A DNA stretch of 64,000 bases from Candidatus Latescibacterota bacterium (lineage in GTDB: Bacteria > Latescibacterota > UBA2968 > UBA8231). Location of the stretch: contig OZ242214.1 of assembly GCA_965206595.1 (NCBI GenBank), positions 5,664,001 through 5,728,000 of the forward strand, read 5' to 3'. Below the pieces are notes generated by a model. That model was given only the letters and a program-made list of their open reading frames with translations, was not told where the DNA came from and searched no databases. Both the position numbers and the translations under genes were made by a program. The first letter of the stretch is position 1. Every line of letters begins with the position of its first letter. This document shows positions 20,477 through 30,967 of this stretch, in pieces.

Positions 20477-21130
20477 TTAGGCTACCGCATCGACAGACCC
20501 CGCCCGGGGTGCCAATCCGTTCCAGCCGTCCGCCATGGCGCTCGGCTGCTTGAAGAGTTGCAAAAGCGGCGTCCACATGGCCTCGCGCGCGGGGCTGCCC
20601 GCTTCCATATCGCCGGCCATTAGGGCCTGCTTGAGTTCTTGGCCCCGGTCCTCTTGGATTTGCACGCTCTCCTGTGCTTGGGCCGCCAGGGCACGCACTG
20701 CATCGATGTGGCCATCGATCAATTCGGCCACCGGCGTGGTCGAATCCGTCCAGGTATCGTAATCGCTCGACGGCCTAAAGCGGGGGCCCTGGCGTTCGCC
20801 CTTTTCGTCGTAGAACGTATGCGTCGGCTGGATGTGCGGCGTCACTGAGAGGTACATATAAACTGGCTCGTCGCCGATGACTCGCACCGAGTGCGGCTCG
20901 TCGGTCAGGGCGTAGCACATTTGCCCCGGTCCAACTTCTTTCACCTCGCCGTTGATTTTAAACTCCACCCGACCCGACAAAATGATGAAGATCTCGTCGC
21001 CCAAGTCGTGCGTGTGCCAAGCATCGAGCGAGCCTGTGCCTGGCTCCGGACGGCAGAAGCGGGCGCGGATCTGCGGGCGCACCAAAATGTTGCGGATATC
21101 CCGGCGACAATCGTAAACCTCGAATCCCAT
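20477..21130 (-). CDS. Cupin domain protein
   Basis: WHTHDLGDEIFIILSG...EPHSV cupin motifs; RBS GGAG. Confidence 0.85.
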   Translation of the reverse strand: MGFEVYDCRRDIRNILVRPQIRARFCRPEPGTGSLDAWHTHDLGDEIFIILSGRVEFKINGEVKEVGPGQMCYALTDEPHSVRVIGDEPVYMYLSVTPHIQPTHTFYDEKGERQGPRFRPSSDYDTWTDSTTPVAELIDGHIDAVRALAAQAQESVQIQEDRGQELKQALMAGDMEAGSPAREAMWTPLLQLFKQPSAMADGWNGLAPRAGSVDAVA

Positions 21131-21294
21131 GGCGTTCTTCTCCTTGAAGGGCAGATGTATAGGCATAATAAGGCACCGATATCGGTCCAGCAGGGTCCCT
21201 GAATGAATCGCTGGTCGTCGCACCGAATCGCACGGGACGGCTCTCAGTACCGTTGTAAAGGATGTGGGCGCGCTTCAGGGGTCAACCGGGTACT

Positions 21295-21415
21295 TGGGGG
21301 CGCCCACTGGCGTACCGGGCACCCGGGGCAGCACCTCGTCGACCAGACGCGCCGCCGTATCGGCCCCATACGCCGGCCGCTGCACGAGGGGCAGAACCCC
21401 CGCTTCTTGCGGTGC
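21295..21415 (-). mobile_element. IS91-family transposase zinc-binding domain relic
   Basis: KKRGFCPSCSGRRM followed across shifts by DTAARLVDEVLP and PVRQW. Confidence 0.75.
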
Positions 21416-21570
21416 TGGCACACCAAACAAGGGCGCGTTAATGCCGGGACAAGCGGTGTTTTTCGACGGTTGGCTCTACCATTGTGGGGCGGCCATTCAA
21501 TCGGATGCGAGACGTCGAGTCTGCCTGATGTGTTATCAGGACGCGTGGATGAAGTCGAGAGGATCGGAAG

Positions 21571-22563
21571 ATGGAGTATAGGATTCTTGGCAGCACCGGA
21601 ATCAAGGTTTCTGCAGTGGGCCTCGGGTGTTCCCAGATACGCGGGACCCTCCCGCCTGGCGAGAAGGGGTGGACAGGGCTGACCGACGAAGAGGCCATCG
21701 CGAACATCCGCCACGCGCGGACGGTTGGCGTCAACCTTATCGACACCGCGGAGGTCTACGCCTACGGTCACAGTGAGGAGGTTATCGGCCGAGCGATAGA
21801 GGGGCACCGGCACGAGTATGTGGTGGCCACGAAAGTCACGCCCCTGCCCGGCGCTGAGCAGGACCCTTTCTACTCGACCGATCTGAGTGATGCTTCGGTA
21901 TGCCGACGCATTCTCGAGGGGTGCGAGGGCAGCCTTCGGAGGCTCCGCACCGACCATATAGATGTCTACCAGCTCCACGCCGATCCTCCAGCTGAGACCC
22001 TTGCAACCGTGATGGACGCGCTGGCGCGGCTGAAGAAAGAGGGTAAGGTCCGCGCCATCGGAACCTCTACCGGCAACGTGGAGGTCATCCGCAGACTCAT
22101 CGAGGCCGGCGAGCTGGGAATGGTGCAAACCCAATACTCTCTGCTGAACCGGGATAATGAGGACGTGCTGAACCTGGCGATAGCCGAAAACCTTGGTGTT
22201 TTGCTCCGGAACCCCATCGGCTCCGGAGCTCTATCCGGCAAGTATTTCAATACCACACCCAGGCTCGATCCCGCTGACAAGCGCAACGACTGGTTCACCT
22301 CAGAGAGCGCGGTCGACGCGTTCAGGAAGCTATCGGAGTTGCTGTTCTTGACCGAGGATTCCGGGCGGACGATGGTACAGGCCTCTTTGCGCTTCGACCT
22401 TGACACACCTGGAGTCACATCGCCCATACCTGGCGCGAAAAACCGGCGGCAAGTAGAAGAAAATGCCGGCGCCTCGGATGTAGCTCCGCTTACCTCAGAG
22501 GAACGCCGCCGCGCCATGGCAATCGCGGATGAAGCGATGCGGATATGGAAGCGCGAAAGCTAA
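21571..22563 (+). CDS. Aldo/keto reductase
   Basis: IDTAEVY, SLRRLRTDHIDVYQLH, YSLLNR. Confidence 0.93.
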   Translation: MEYRILGSTGIKVSAVGLGCSQIRGTLPPGEKGWTGLTDEEAIANIRHARTVGVNLIDTAEVYAYGHSEEVIGRAIEGHRHEYVVATKVTPLPGAEQDPFYSTDLSDASVCRRILEGCEGSLRRLRTDHIDVYQLHADPPAETLATVMDALARLKKEGKVRAIGTSTGNVEVIRRLIEAGELGMVQTQYSLLNRDNEDVLNLAIAENLGVLLRNPIGSGALSGKYFNTTPRLDPADKRNDWFTSESAVDAFRKLSELLFLTEDSGRTMVQASLRFDLDTPGVTSPIPGAKNRRQVEENAGASDVAPLTSEERRRAMAIADEAMRIWKRES

Positions 22564-22619
22564 GGGCTGCCAGCATTTCACGGGCGCGCAGCGCTTCGGA
22601 GATATGGAGGTGACAGCCG

Positions 22620-23789
22620 ATGAGAATCGCCGACGTTGAGTGCTTCCCCGTCAGGCGGGGCCTCTGCCTGGTCAAGATCGGGACGGACGACGGTCAATAC
22701 GGATGGGGAGAAGCGGGTCCGTCGGCTTGGGGGAGGGAGTTGGCCGCCGAGGCGATGGTAACTCACTTCCGCGAGTTGCTGATTGGCCGGGACCCGATGG
22801 ACATCGGGGCATTGTGGCAGGAAATGTTCAGCAAGGGCTCCGGCCTGGATGGGGGCAGAGTCGAGATGGCGGCCGTATCAGCTGTCGACGTGGCGCTGCA
22901 CGATCTCGTGGCAAAGAGCCTTGGGGTGCCGGTATACCACCTCCTGGGTGGCAGGCACCGAGATTTTGTCCCCTGTTTCACGCCGACAGTCAATCCCGAT
23001 GCGCCGGATGCCGTTGAGATCATCAGGAGCATGCTCGATGAAGGATGGGAGGTCTTGCGGCTGTCCATGGGCGGCTGCGAGGCAACCGACCTGTTCGAGC
23101 CGAGACACTCCATCGCCGTCACGGCGAGAGGATTGATCGAGCTGCGGGAGGCGGTCGGACCGGATCCCGTGCTTGGTATCGACTACCATACCATGTTCAC
23201 GGTCGCCGAGGCGGCCTCGTTCTGCCAGAGGCTTCCACCCGGAACGCTCGACTTCATCGAGGACCCGATTCACGAGCGAACACCGGCCGGATATCGAGCA
23301 TTGAGGCGAATGACGGAGGTGCCTTTCGCCGTCGGAGAAGCCTTTACGAGCAAGTGGGACTGGCTCCCGTACATCGAGGAAGACCTTGTCAACCTGGCGC
23401 GAATCGACGTTGCCAACGTGGGAGGTTTCACCGAGGCCATGAAGGTGGCTGCGTTGTGCGAGGCACATTACATCGAGATGATGCCCCACCTCGCCATTTC
23501 ACCGATTCAGACTGCCACTATCATTCACTTCGCGGCGGCCGTGCCCAACTTCGCCTGGATGGAGGACCGCCACCGTGATTCGCGGGCCCTGGTCGAGGGC
23601 AAGCGCAGCTCGTACCGTCCACCAGACTCCAACATGTACCCCGTGCATCTCGAGCCGGACGGGGTCAGATGGCCCGTGCCGACGGGTCCAGGCCTGGGCG
23701 TGGAAGTGAACGAAGAGATGCTTGAGGCAACGTATGAGCCGTCACCCGAAACGCCGACGCGGCGCCGGGACGGTTCGTTGACGATATAG
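22620..23789 (+). CDS. Mandelate racemase/muconate lactonizing enzyme family (acid-sugar dehydratase-like)
   Basis: GWGEA, AVDVALHDL, IDYH, IEDP, AVGE, GPGLGVEVNE. Confidence 0.92.
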   Translation: MRIADVECFPVRRGLCLVKIGTDDGQYGWGEAGPSAWGRELAAEAMVTHFRELLIGRDPMDIGALWQEMFSKGSGLDGGRVEMAAVSAVDVALHDLVAKSLGVPVYHLLGGRHRDFVPCFTPTVNPDAPDAVEIIRSMLDEGWEVLRLSMGGCEATDLFEPRHSIAVTARGLIELREAVGPDPVLGIDYHTMFTVAEAASFCQRLPPGTLDFIEDPIHERTPAGYRALRRMTEVPFAVGEAFTSKWDWLPYIEEDLVNLARIDVANVGGFTEAMKVAALCEAHYIEMMPHLAISPIQTATIIHFAAAVPNFAWMEDRHRDSRALVEGKRSSYRPPDSNMYPVHLEPDGVRWPVPTGPGLGVEVNEEMLEATYEPSPETPTRRRDGSLTI

Positions 23790-23977
23790 GGAGGCCAGCC
23801 GCGGTGAAAAGTAGAACCCGATCTTGAGATCGTGCTTCCTGCAGCCTCCAACGAACGGCTCGACGCGTCGGTGATCCCACATACGCGGTGGATTCACTAC
23901 CAGGAGCACGACGCTGAGACGGTTGACGCGAGCGTCAGCGACAATTGCTCAGGTCGTTAGGTCCAGAGAGCGAATAG

Positions 23978-24778
23978 CTAAAAGAACAGTCGCTCCGCGG
24001 TGCCACGCAGGACTTGGTCACGATCCGACTCGGAGAGGCCGAGCTTGTCGCGGACGACGGAGATCGAGTCCTCCATCGTTTCCTTGACGACCTGGTACGG
24101 GGAGTCGCTCCCCCACATGCACCGCTCCGGCCCGAACGCGTCGATGACTCGCCCTATCATGGGAATGAGATCGTCGTGAGGTTGCCCATCACCCAGGGCG
24201 TGGAGCCGAGATATCTTGACGTTGGTGTTCGGCAGGGTCGCGATGTCGGTAAGCTGTGCTATGTGATCATCATTGATGGGTTCCATTTCCCCCACGCGTG
24301 TCATGTGATCGACCACTACGGTCGTGTCGGGGTGTTTGGCGGCCATTTCCTTGATGGCGGGAGCGCCGACCGGATGCGTGAGTGGACACATCGCCTGACC
24401 GGTCCTCGCGGCAGCCTCGAACAGCCTGTCCCACTGCCGCCCGTCGTAGTCTACACCGATGCGGAAGCCGCGCACTCCCTGAGCCTTCAGCGCTTCCATG
24501 TCGTCCTGGACATTCTCCTTGGTCTCGTCGACGATTCCTATAACACTGAACACGCCGGGGAAGCGCTTGATGGCGTCGGTTGCGTAGCTGTTGTCGAACT
24601 GGTGGTAGCCCGTCTGCACAATGACGACCTTCTCTATTCCCGACGGTCGCGCGTGCCGCAGGTACATCTCCGGCGAAAAGTCGGGTGGGTCGAGATCGGC
24701 GGCCGTCTGCTCTCCCGCAAGGGGGTAGCTGCTTGTGTCGGAAGTCCAGAGATGAATATGCGCGTCAATCCAGGCCAT
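23978..24778 (-). CDS. Amidohydrolase family
   Basis: WIDAHIH, VVDHM, WGSDSPY; RBS AAGGAG. Confidence 0.9.
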   Translation of the reverse strand: MAWIDAHIHLWTSDTSSYPLAGEQTAADLDPPDFSPEMYLRHARPSGIEKVVIVQTGYHQFDNSYATDAIKRFPGVFSVIGIVDETKENVQDDMEALKAQGVRGFRIGVDYDGRQWDRLFEAAARTGQAMCPLTHPVGAPAIKEMAAKHPDTTVVVDHMTRVGEMEPINDDHIAQLTDIATLPNTNVKISRLHALGDGQPHDDLIPMIGRVIDAFGPERCMWGSDSPYQVVKETMEDSISVVRDKLGLSESDRDQVLRGTAERLFF

Positions 24779-24860
24779 TGTTTCTCCTTTGGAAGCTGTT
24801 ATGAAAGTCCCCTTTCGCATCTCTACCCTGTCGGATGGGAGATGGGAGCGTATTGGGTGT

Positions 24861-24985
24861 TTATGCTCGCTTGAATACCTGGGAAGCGGTGGCGATTACT
24901 CTCCACCACGTATACCCGGTCCTGGTCGTTCACCGTCACAGCAACGGGGCCCCAGAAGTACGGCTCGGTCTGCGACGAGACGTGA
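24861..24985 (-). pseudogene. C-terminal fragment of an NHL-repeat protein
   Basis: FWGPVAVTVNDQDRVYVVESNRHRF, then after a shift QVFKRA*. Confidence 0.65.
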
Positions 24986-25004
24986 AGGAGATGGCTCGGG
25001 CCAT

Positions 25005-25375
25005 CCCGACCACGGCGTTTTGAGCGCAAAGGAAGGCGCTCGCTATCGAGGATGCGCAGACGCCCCGACGCCAAGGCCGGTCGGGCAACGTAGCGGCACA
25101 GCTGCTCCAGCCCCAGCCGGTCAGGGACCGCGATCCGCGTTGCCGCATGCAGGGAAAACCCCCTCGAAGCAAACACAAAGGGGCCGTTCGAACCCCGGTC
25201 GCCGGATCTTTCAGAACGCGTCGCAGGCGCTTATCCGCGCGTGGCCCGGTGGGGATGCTCCCATGCACCGAGGCCGCGGTGAGGGCGGCCAGCACGGGCT
25301 CCTCCTCCGTGAGTAGATCGGCTTCGGCGAACAAGCCGCGTTTTATAGCCAAGAAATGGACAAACCGAGATGAGT
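25005..25375 (-). mobile_element. IS91-family (rolling-circle) transposase C-terminal relic
   Basis: GFSLHAATRI...LEQLCRYVARPALASGRL, frameshifted. Confidence 0.8.
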
Positions 25376-25410
25376 TCTGACGGTGCCAGCGCGGCGATCG
25401 CGGCAGGATC

Positions 25411-25597
25411 TCAGCGCATCACAAAGGGGTTCGCCATGGGTTCCTCGAAGGTATTGATCCAGACTGTTTTGGTGCGGGTGTAATCGTAAATGACGTCTAT
25501 CCCGGCTTCACGGCCATAGCCGCTTTGGCCGAAGCCGCCGAAGGGGGTGATCGGAGATATCACCCGGTACGTGTTGATCCAGACGATGCCAGAGTGG
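25411..25597 (-). pseudogene. Aldehyde dehydrogenase C-terminal fragment
   Basis: GIVWINTYR...PFGGFGQSGYGREAG...TKTVWIN; 5' part absent. Confidence 0.85.
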
Positions 25598-25851
25598 ATG
25601 CACCCATCTGGATGCCCATGGCGTAAAATACCCAAAAGGCCCAACCCCTGGTCAGCGGCAGCGGAGTTTCGCAGACTCTTTTGAAGCCGCTGCAGCGGGT
25701 CAAGCAACTGCGGTCGAAAGCGACTCCCGAGTGGAGCCGCACTATTTGGATTGGCCTCCAGGACAGGAAGCGACCACACCGGGATGGAGGGGAAGCGCAC
25801 CGCCGCCGCCCCTGCCACCGGGAGTGGAGGCCGCCGAACGAGCGGAAAAAG

Positions 25852-26844
25852 ATGACCGATAAAATTCGCTGGGGATTCATCGCCACCGGCTGGATGGCTG
25901 AAAAGTTCGCCGAGGGGATGTCCGTGGTGCCGGACGCCGAGATCGCCGCGGTCGGCTCCCGCGCCCTCGACACCGCCGACGCCTTCGGCGACCGCTTCGG
26001 GATCCCGCGGCGCTACGGCTCGTACGCCGAGCTCGTCGCCGACCCCGACATCGACATCGTCTACGTCTCCAGTCCCAACCCCTTCCACCGCGAGCACACC
26101 CTGCTTGCCCTGGAGGCGGCCAAGCCGGTGCTGTGCGAGAAGCCGTTCGCCCTCAACGCCGGCGAGGCCGAGGAGATGATCGCCGCGGCGCGCTCCCGGC
26201 AGCTGTTCCTGATGGAGGCGATGTGGGCGCGCTTCATCCCGGGGATGATCAAGGTGCGGGAATGGCTGGCCGCCGGGGCCATCGGCGAGGTGCGCATGCT
26301 CGACGCCGAGTTCGGCTTCCGCTCCCGCTTCGATCCCACGCAACGGCTTTTCAACCCGCTCCTGGGGGGCGGCAGCCTGCTCGACATCGGCATCTACACC
26401 CTCGCCTTCGCCTCGATGGTCCTGGGGCCGCACCCCGACCGCGTCGAGGCGATGGCGGAGATGGGGAAGACCGGGGTCGACGACCAGGCTGCGGTGCTCC
26501 TCGGGTACGCCGGCGGGCAGATCGCCGTGCTCCGCAGCGCCGTGCGCACCACCTTCCAGGGGCGCGCCCGCATCCACGGCGCCGAGGGCATGATCATCCT
26601 GGACCCGCCCTTCCACAAGACCGAGCGCGTCACCCTCGAGTCCGGGGGGCGCACCGAGGGCTACGAATTCCCGCTGCGCCGCAACGGCTACGAGTTCGAG
26701 GCGGACGCGGTGGGCGAGTACCTGCGCGCCGGCAAGCTCGAAAGCGAGGCCATCCCCCTGGACGAAACCCTCGCCCTGGTCCGCCTCATGGACCGCATCC
26801 GCGATATCTGGGGACTGAAGTACCCAGCCGAAAGGGGCTCGTGA
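25852..26844 (+). CDS. Gfo/Idh/MocA oxidoreductase
   Basis: IRWGFIATG, VLCEKPF, GGSLLDIGIY. Confidence 0.93.
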   Translation: MTDKIRWGFIATGWMAEKFAEGMSVVPDAEIAAVGSRALDTADAFGDRFGIPRRYGSYAELVADPDIDIVYVSSPNPFHREHTLLALEAAKPVLCEKPFALNAGEAEEMIAAARSRQLFLMEAMWARFIPGMIKVREWLAAGAIGEVRMLDAEFGFRSRFDPTQRLFNPLLGGGSLLDIGIYTLAFASMVLGPHPDRVEAMAEMGKTGVDDQAAVLLGYAGGQIAVLRSAVRTTFQGRARIHGAEGMIILDPPFHKTERVTLESGGRTEGYEFPLRRNGYEFEADAVGEYLRAGKLESEAIPLDETLALVRLMDRIRDIWGLKYPAERGS

Positions 26845-26846
26845 CC

Positions 26847-27818
26847 ATGCGCTACGGCGACCTTCCGTTCGCCCCGGTGCGGCCCTCGCGCCTCGTGTTC
26901 GGCACGATCCCGCTGAACGAGAAGGAGCTCGAGGCCGGCTTCGAGCTCCTCGACGCCGCCTTCGAGGCGGGGTACAACGCCTTCGACACCGCGGCGCTCT
27001 ACGGCGGCGGCACCTGCGAGCGCGTGCTCGGCCGCTGGATGGAGGCGCGCGGCAACCGGGACCGGGTCTTCGTCATCGGCAAGGGGGCCCATCACAACGC
27101 CGACCGCCGCCGCGTCACCCCTCTCGACATCACCGCCGACTTGTTCGATTCCCTGGGGCGCCAGCGCCACGGCCACATCGACCTGCACCTGCTGCACCGG
27201 GACGACCCGGACTGCGACGTCGGCCCGATTGTCGAGATCCTCAACGAGCACCACGCCGCCGGCCGCATCCGCGCCTTCGGCGGCTCCAACTGGACGGCGC
27301 GGCGCATCGCCGAGGCCAACGAGTACGCCGAAAAGCACGGGCTGGTTCCGTTCGCAGCGAGCAGCCCCAACCTCAGCCTCGCGGTGCAGGCGCAGCCGCC
27401 CTGGGCCGACTGCCTGTCGCTGTCCGGGCCGGACGGGGCCGCGGACCGCGGCTGGTACCGGCGGGAGGGGATGCCGCTGTTCACCTGGTCGAGCCTGGCC
27501 GGGGGATTCTTCTCCGGGCGGCTGAAGCGGCAGAACCGGGAGAAGATGGGTGCCGAGCTCGGCCGCTGGTTCACCGACTGCTACTTCACCGAAGAGAACT
27601 TCGAGCGCCTCGACCGCGCCCGGGAGCTGGCCGCGGACAAGGGGGTGTCGGTGCCGCAGATCGCCCTGGCCTGGGTCCTGCACCAGAACCTCGACATCTA
27701 CGCCCTGGTGGCGCCGCGCAACGCGCGCGAGTGCCGGGAGAACGCCGCGGTGTTCGACATCGAGCTCACCGCCGCGGAGCTGGAGTGGCTCGACCTGCAG
27801 CGCGACCAGCGGGAGTGA
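26847..27818 (+). CDS. Aldo/keto reductase
   Basis: FDTAALYG, LLHRDD, FGGSNW, WSSLAGGFF. Confidence 0.92.
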   Translation: MRYGDLPFAPVRPSRLVFGTIPLNEKELEAGFELLDAAFEAGYNAFDTAALYGGGTCERVLGRWMEARGNRDRVFVIGKGAHHNADRRRVTPLDITADLFDSLGRQRHGHIDLHLLHRDDPDCDVGPIVEILNEHHAAGRIRAFGGSNWTARRIAEANEYAEKHGLVPFAASSPNLSLAVQAQPPWADCLSLSGPDGAADRGWYRREGMPLFTWSSLAGGFFSGRLKRQNREKMGAELGRWFTDCYFTEENFERLDRARELAADKGVSVPQIALAWVLHQNLDIYALVAPRNARECRENAAVFDIELTAAELEWLDLQRDQRE

Positions 27819-27831
27819 GGTGAGCCCGGCC

Positions 27832-29322
27832 ATGCCCGGAGAAAAGCCCAACATCATTTACATCCTCGCCGACGACATGGGGTACGGCGACATGGGGTGC
27901 AACAACCCCGAATCGAAAATCCCCACGCCCCACCTCGACCGCCTCGCCTCCCAGGGGATGCGCTTCACCGACGCCCACGCCTCCTCCAGCGTCTGCTCCC
28001 CCAGCCGCTACGCCCTGCTGACCGGGCGCTACTGCTGGCGCACGCCGCTGAAAAGCAGCGTCCTGTGGCCCTGGGATCCGCCCCTGATCGAGCCCGGCCG
28101 CCTGACCGCTGCAACGCTCCTTCGCCAGCAGGGCTACCGCACCGCCTGCATCGGCAAGTGGCACCTCGGCTGGGAATGGGCGACCCGGGACGGCAGATCG
28201 GCCTGCGGAGACGTTCCCATCGGCCAACACGACCGGGAACAGCGCCTGGCCCTGGAGCGCAACATCGACTACAACCAACCCATCGGCGGCGGTCCCCTGG
28301 CCTGCGGCTTCGACCATTACTTCGGCGTCGACGTGCCCAACTTCCCGCCCTACACCTGGTTCGAGCAGGACCGGCTGGCCGCGGCTCCGGCCGCGCAGAA
28401 GCCCGAGGAGATGTTCGGCCTGCCCGGTGCCATGAAGCCGGGCTGGAAGCTGGAAGAGATGGTCCCGGAGTTCGTCCGCCGCGCCCGCGACTACATCGCC
28501 GCGGCCGGCTCCGACCCCTTCTTCCTCTACCTGCCGCTGACCTCCCCGCACACGCCGATCGTCCCCAACGAGCCCTTCATCGGCCGCAGCGGGACCGGCC
28601 TGTACGGCGATTTCGTCTGCGAAGTCGACTGGGTGGTCGGGGAAGTCATGGCCGCCCTCGACGAGCAGGGGCTGGCCGACGACACGCTGCTCATCTTCAC
28701 CAGCGACAACGGCCCCGAGTGCATCCCGGCCGCGGCCGGCGGCTGCTACGAGCACGCGCGCCTTTTCGGCCACTACAGCATGGCCCACCTGCGCGGCGCC
28801 AAGCGCGACACCTGGGAAGGCGGGCACCGGGTGCCCTTCGTCGCCCGCTGGCCCGGGGTCACCCCGGCCGGCTCCGTCTGCGGCCAGCTCACCCTGCTCG
28901 GGGATTTCACCGCCACCTGCACCGAGCTGACCGGGGTCCGGCTGCCCCCCGGCGAGGCGGAGGACAGCATCAGCATGCTGCCGCTGCTGCAGGGCCGGAC
29001 CGACGCTCCGGTGCGCCGCTCCGCCGTGCACCACAGCTGTTCGGGGGGCTTCGCCCTGCGCGAAGACGACTGGGTCTTCATCGACGCCCCCTCCGGCGAC
29101 GACAACGGCGAGCCGGACTGGTTCAAGAAGGAGCGGGGGTACGAGGACCACGATTTCCCCGGGGAGCTGTTCAATCTCGGGGAGGACATCTCCGAGCGGC
29201 GGAACCTGTACGGCCGCCACCCCGAGATCGTGCGCCGGCTGTCGGCCCGCCTCGAGGCCATCAAGGCCGAGGGGGAGGCTGTGGCGGGTCCGCAAGCCGG
29301 GGCGCTGGAGGAATCGGAGTAG
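27832..29322 (+). CDS. Arylsulfatase (S1 sulfatase)
   Basis: PNIIYILADDMGYGD, CSPSR signature, GKWHLG, FTSDNG. Confidence 0.95.
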   Translation: MPGEKPNIIYILADDMGYGDMGCNNPESKIPTPHLDRLASQGMRFTDAHASSSVCSPSRYALLTGRYCWRTPLKSSVLWPWDPPLIEPGRLTAATLLRQQGYRTACIGKWHLGWEWATRDGRSACGDVPIGQHDREQRLALERNIDYNQPIGGGPLACGFDHYFGVDVPNFPPYTWFEQDRLAAAPAAQKPEEMFGLPGAMKPGWKLEEMVPEFVRRARDYIAAAGSDPFFLYLPLTSPHTPIVPNEPFIGRSGTGLYGDFVCEVDWVVGEVMAALDEQGLADDTLLIFTSDNGPECIPAAAGGCYEHARLFGHYSMAHLRGAKRDTWEGGHRVPFVARWPGVTPAGSVCGQLTLLGDFTATCTELTGVRLPPGEAEDSISMLPLLQGRTDAPVRRSAVHHSCSGGFALREDDWVFIDAPSGDDNGEPDWFKKERGYEDHDFPGELFNLGEDISERRNLYGRHPEIVRRLSARLEAIKAEGEAVAGPQAGALEESE

Positions 29323-29521
29323 GTCAGGGAAAGCAGTGCGTCAGTTCGGCCGGTTCGGTGAGGCAACCGCTGGCGTTTGATCCGGGCTTGGCAGCCGGTG
29401 CCCGGGCTTCCGCTGGCAACTCGAACCTGGCAGGCACGGCATCGGCTGTCCGGGCTTCACCTCCGTTCTCCCCATCAGCAATTCTTTGCAAAACAGGATT
29501 TCGAATCCTAATTTGTAAAGA

Positions 29522-30694
29522 ATGCGCATCCAACGTCAGCTCGGCCCCCAGCTTGAAAAGCTGGCCCAGGTCTATCCCATCCTCTCGGTCTCCGGCCCCC
29601 GCCAGTCGGGCAAGACCACCCTCGTGCGGGGCGTCTTCCCTGACTACGCCTACGTCAATCTCGAACGGCTCGACGACCGTGCTGCCGCCGAGGAAGACCC
29701 GCGCCGCTTCCTGGAACGGCACGGCGACCGGGGGGTCGTCATCGACGAAGCGCAGAAGGTTCCGGCGCTTTTCTCCTATCTGCAGGCCCTGGTGGACGAG
29801 CGCGGAGCCATGGGCCAGTTCGTCCTGACAGGCTCGCAGAACTTCCTGCTGCTCGAGCAGGTCAGCCAGTCGCTTGCCGGCCGCGTCGCCCCGCTGACGC
29901 TGCTGCCCTTTTCCCGGCAGGAGCTCGCCGCCGCCACCTCCGCTTCGAGCCTGGAGGAGACGCTGTTCAAAGGGGGCTACCCCGTCCTCTACGACCGCGG
30001 CGTGGACCCACCCGACTACTACCCGGCCTACATCCAGACCTACGTCGAACGGGACGTGAGGAGCCTGCGCAACGTCGGGGACCTGAGCGGCTTCCAGCGA
30101 TTTCTGCGAGTCTGCGCCGGGCGCGTAGGGCAGCTGCTCGATCTGAGCGGCATGGGCAATGACCTGGGTATCAACTACAAGACGGTGAGCGCCTGGATCT
30201 CGGTACTGGAAGCCAGCTACATCGCCTTCCTGCTCTATCCGCATCACGAGAACTTCGCCAAGCGGCTCATCAAGTCCCCCAAGCTCTACTTCTACGACAC
30301 GGGCCTGCTCTGCTCGCTTCTGGGGCTGGAATCGGCCGGCCACCTCGACACCCACTACCTGCGGGGGGCGATCTTCGAGAACTGGGTCATCGCCGAGACA
30401 ATCAAACAGCACGTCCACGCTGGACGGCGCCCGGACCTCTACTTCTGGCGCGACAACATCGGCAACGAGGTGGACCTGTTATACGAGCGGAAAGGCCGGC
30501 GGCAGGTGGTCGAAATCAAGGCGGGCGCGACCGTAGGGACGGACCAGTTCAAGGGCTTGCGCTACTACAGGAAGCTGGCCGCCGCCCTGCCGGTGGAGCA
30601 GGAGTACTACCTGGTCTACGGAGGGGAAGGGCGCCAGGACCGGGCGCACGGCATCGTCTTGGGATGGCAGGAGTTCGGGGAACTATCTTTATAA
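29522..30694 (+). CDS. AAA_14 + DUF4143 ATP-binding protein
   Basis: GPRQSGKTT, IDEAQ, LTGSQ, KSPKLYFYDTGL, EVDLL..VEIK. Confidence 0.93.
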   Translation: MRIQRQLGPQLEKLAQVYPILSVSGPRQSGKTTLVRGVFPDYAYVNLERLDDRAAAEEDPRRFLERHGDRGVVIDEAQKVPALFSYLQALVDERGAMGQFVLTGSQNFLLLEQVSQSLAGRVAPLTLLPFSRQELAAATSASSLEETLFKGGYPVLYDRGVDPPDYYPAYIQTYVERDVRSLRNVGDLSGFQRFLRVCAGRVGQLLDLSGMGNDLGINYKTVSAWISVLEASYIAFLLYPHHENFAKRLIKSPKLYFYDTGLLCSLLGLESAGHLDTHYLRGAIFENWVIAETIKQHVHAGRRPDLYFWRDNIGNEVDLLYERKGRRQVVEIKAGATVGTDQFKGLRYYRKLAAALPVEQEYYLVYGGEGRQDRAHGIVLGWQEFGELSL

Positions 30695-30715
30695 AGAAGG
30701 AGGTGAATCATAATC

Positions 30716-30967
30716 ATGACAAAGGTCACCTTGGAATTGCCGGATGAAGCTTTCTCTGCTCTGCGCCGCTCCCCAGAGGAATTCGTCTCTGAATTGCGTC
30801 TGGCAGGGGCTATCCACTGGTACGAACGAGGCGTTATCTCTCAAGAAAAAGCCGCCCAGATAGCCGGTCTGGATCGCACCGACTTTCTCAAGGCCCTGGC
30901 ACGCGAGCAAGTGGATGTCTTCGGAGTGGATACCGACGCATTGGAACGGGAACTAGCGCGTGGCTGA
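30716..30967 (+). CDS. UPF0175 family antitoxin-like protein
   Basis: ISQEKAAQIAGLDRTDFL; overlaps the PIN gene start. Confidence 0.88.
   Translation: MTKVTLELPDEAFSALRRSPEEFVSELRLAGAIHWYERGVISQEKAAQIAGLDRTDFLKALAREQVDVFGVDTDALERELARG

Noticed and set aside
25411-26616. 401-aa ORF ending in ALDH motifs
   Set aside because: Only the last ~60 aa are ALDH; the rest is antisense to the Gfo/Idh/MocA gene.
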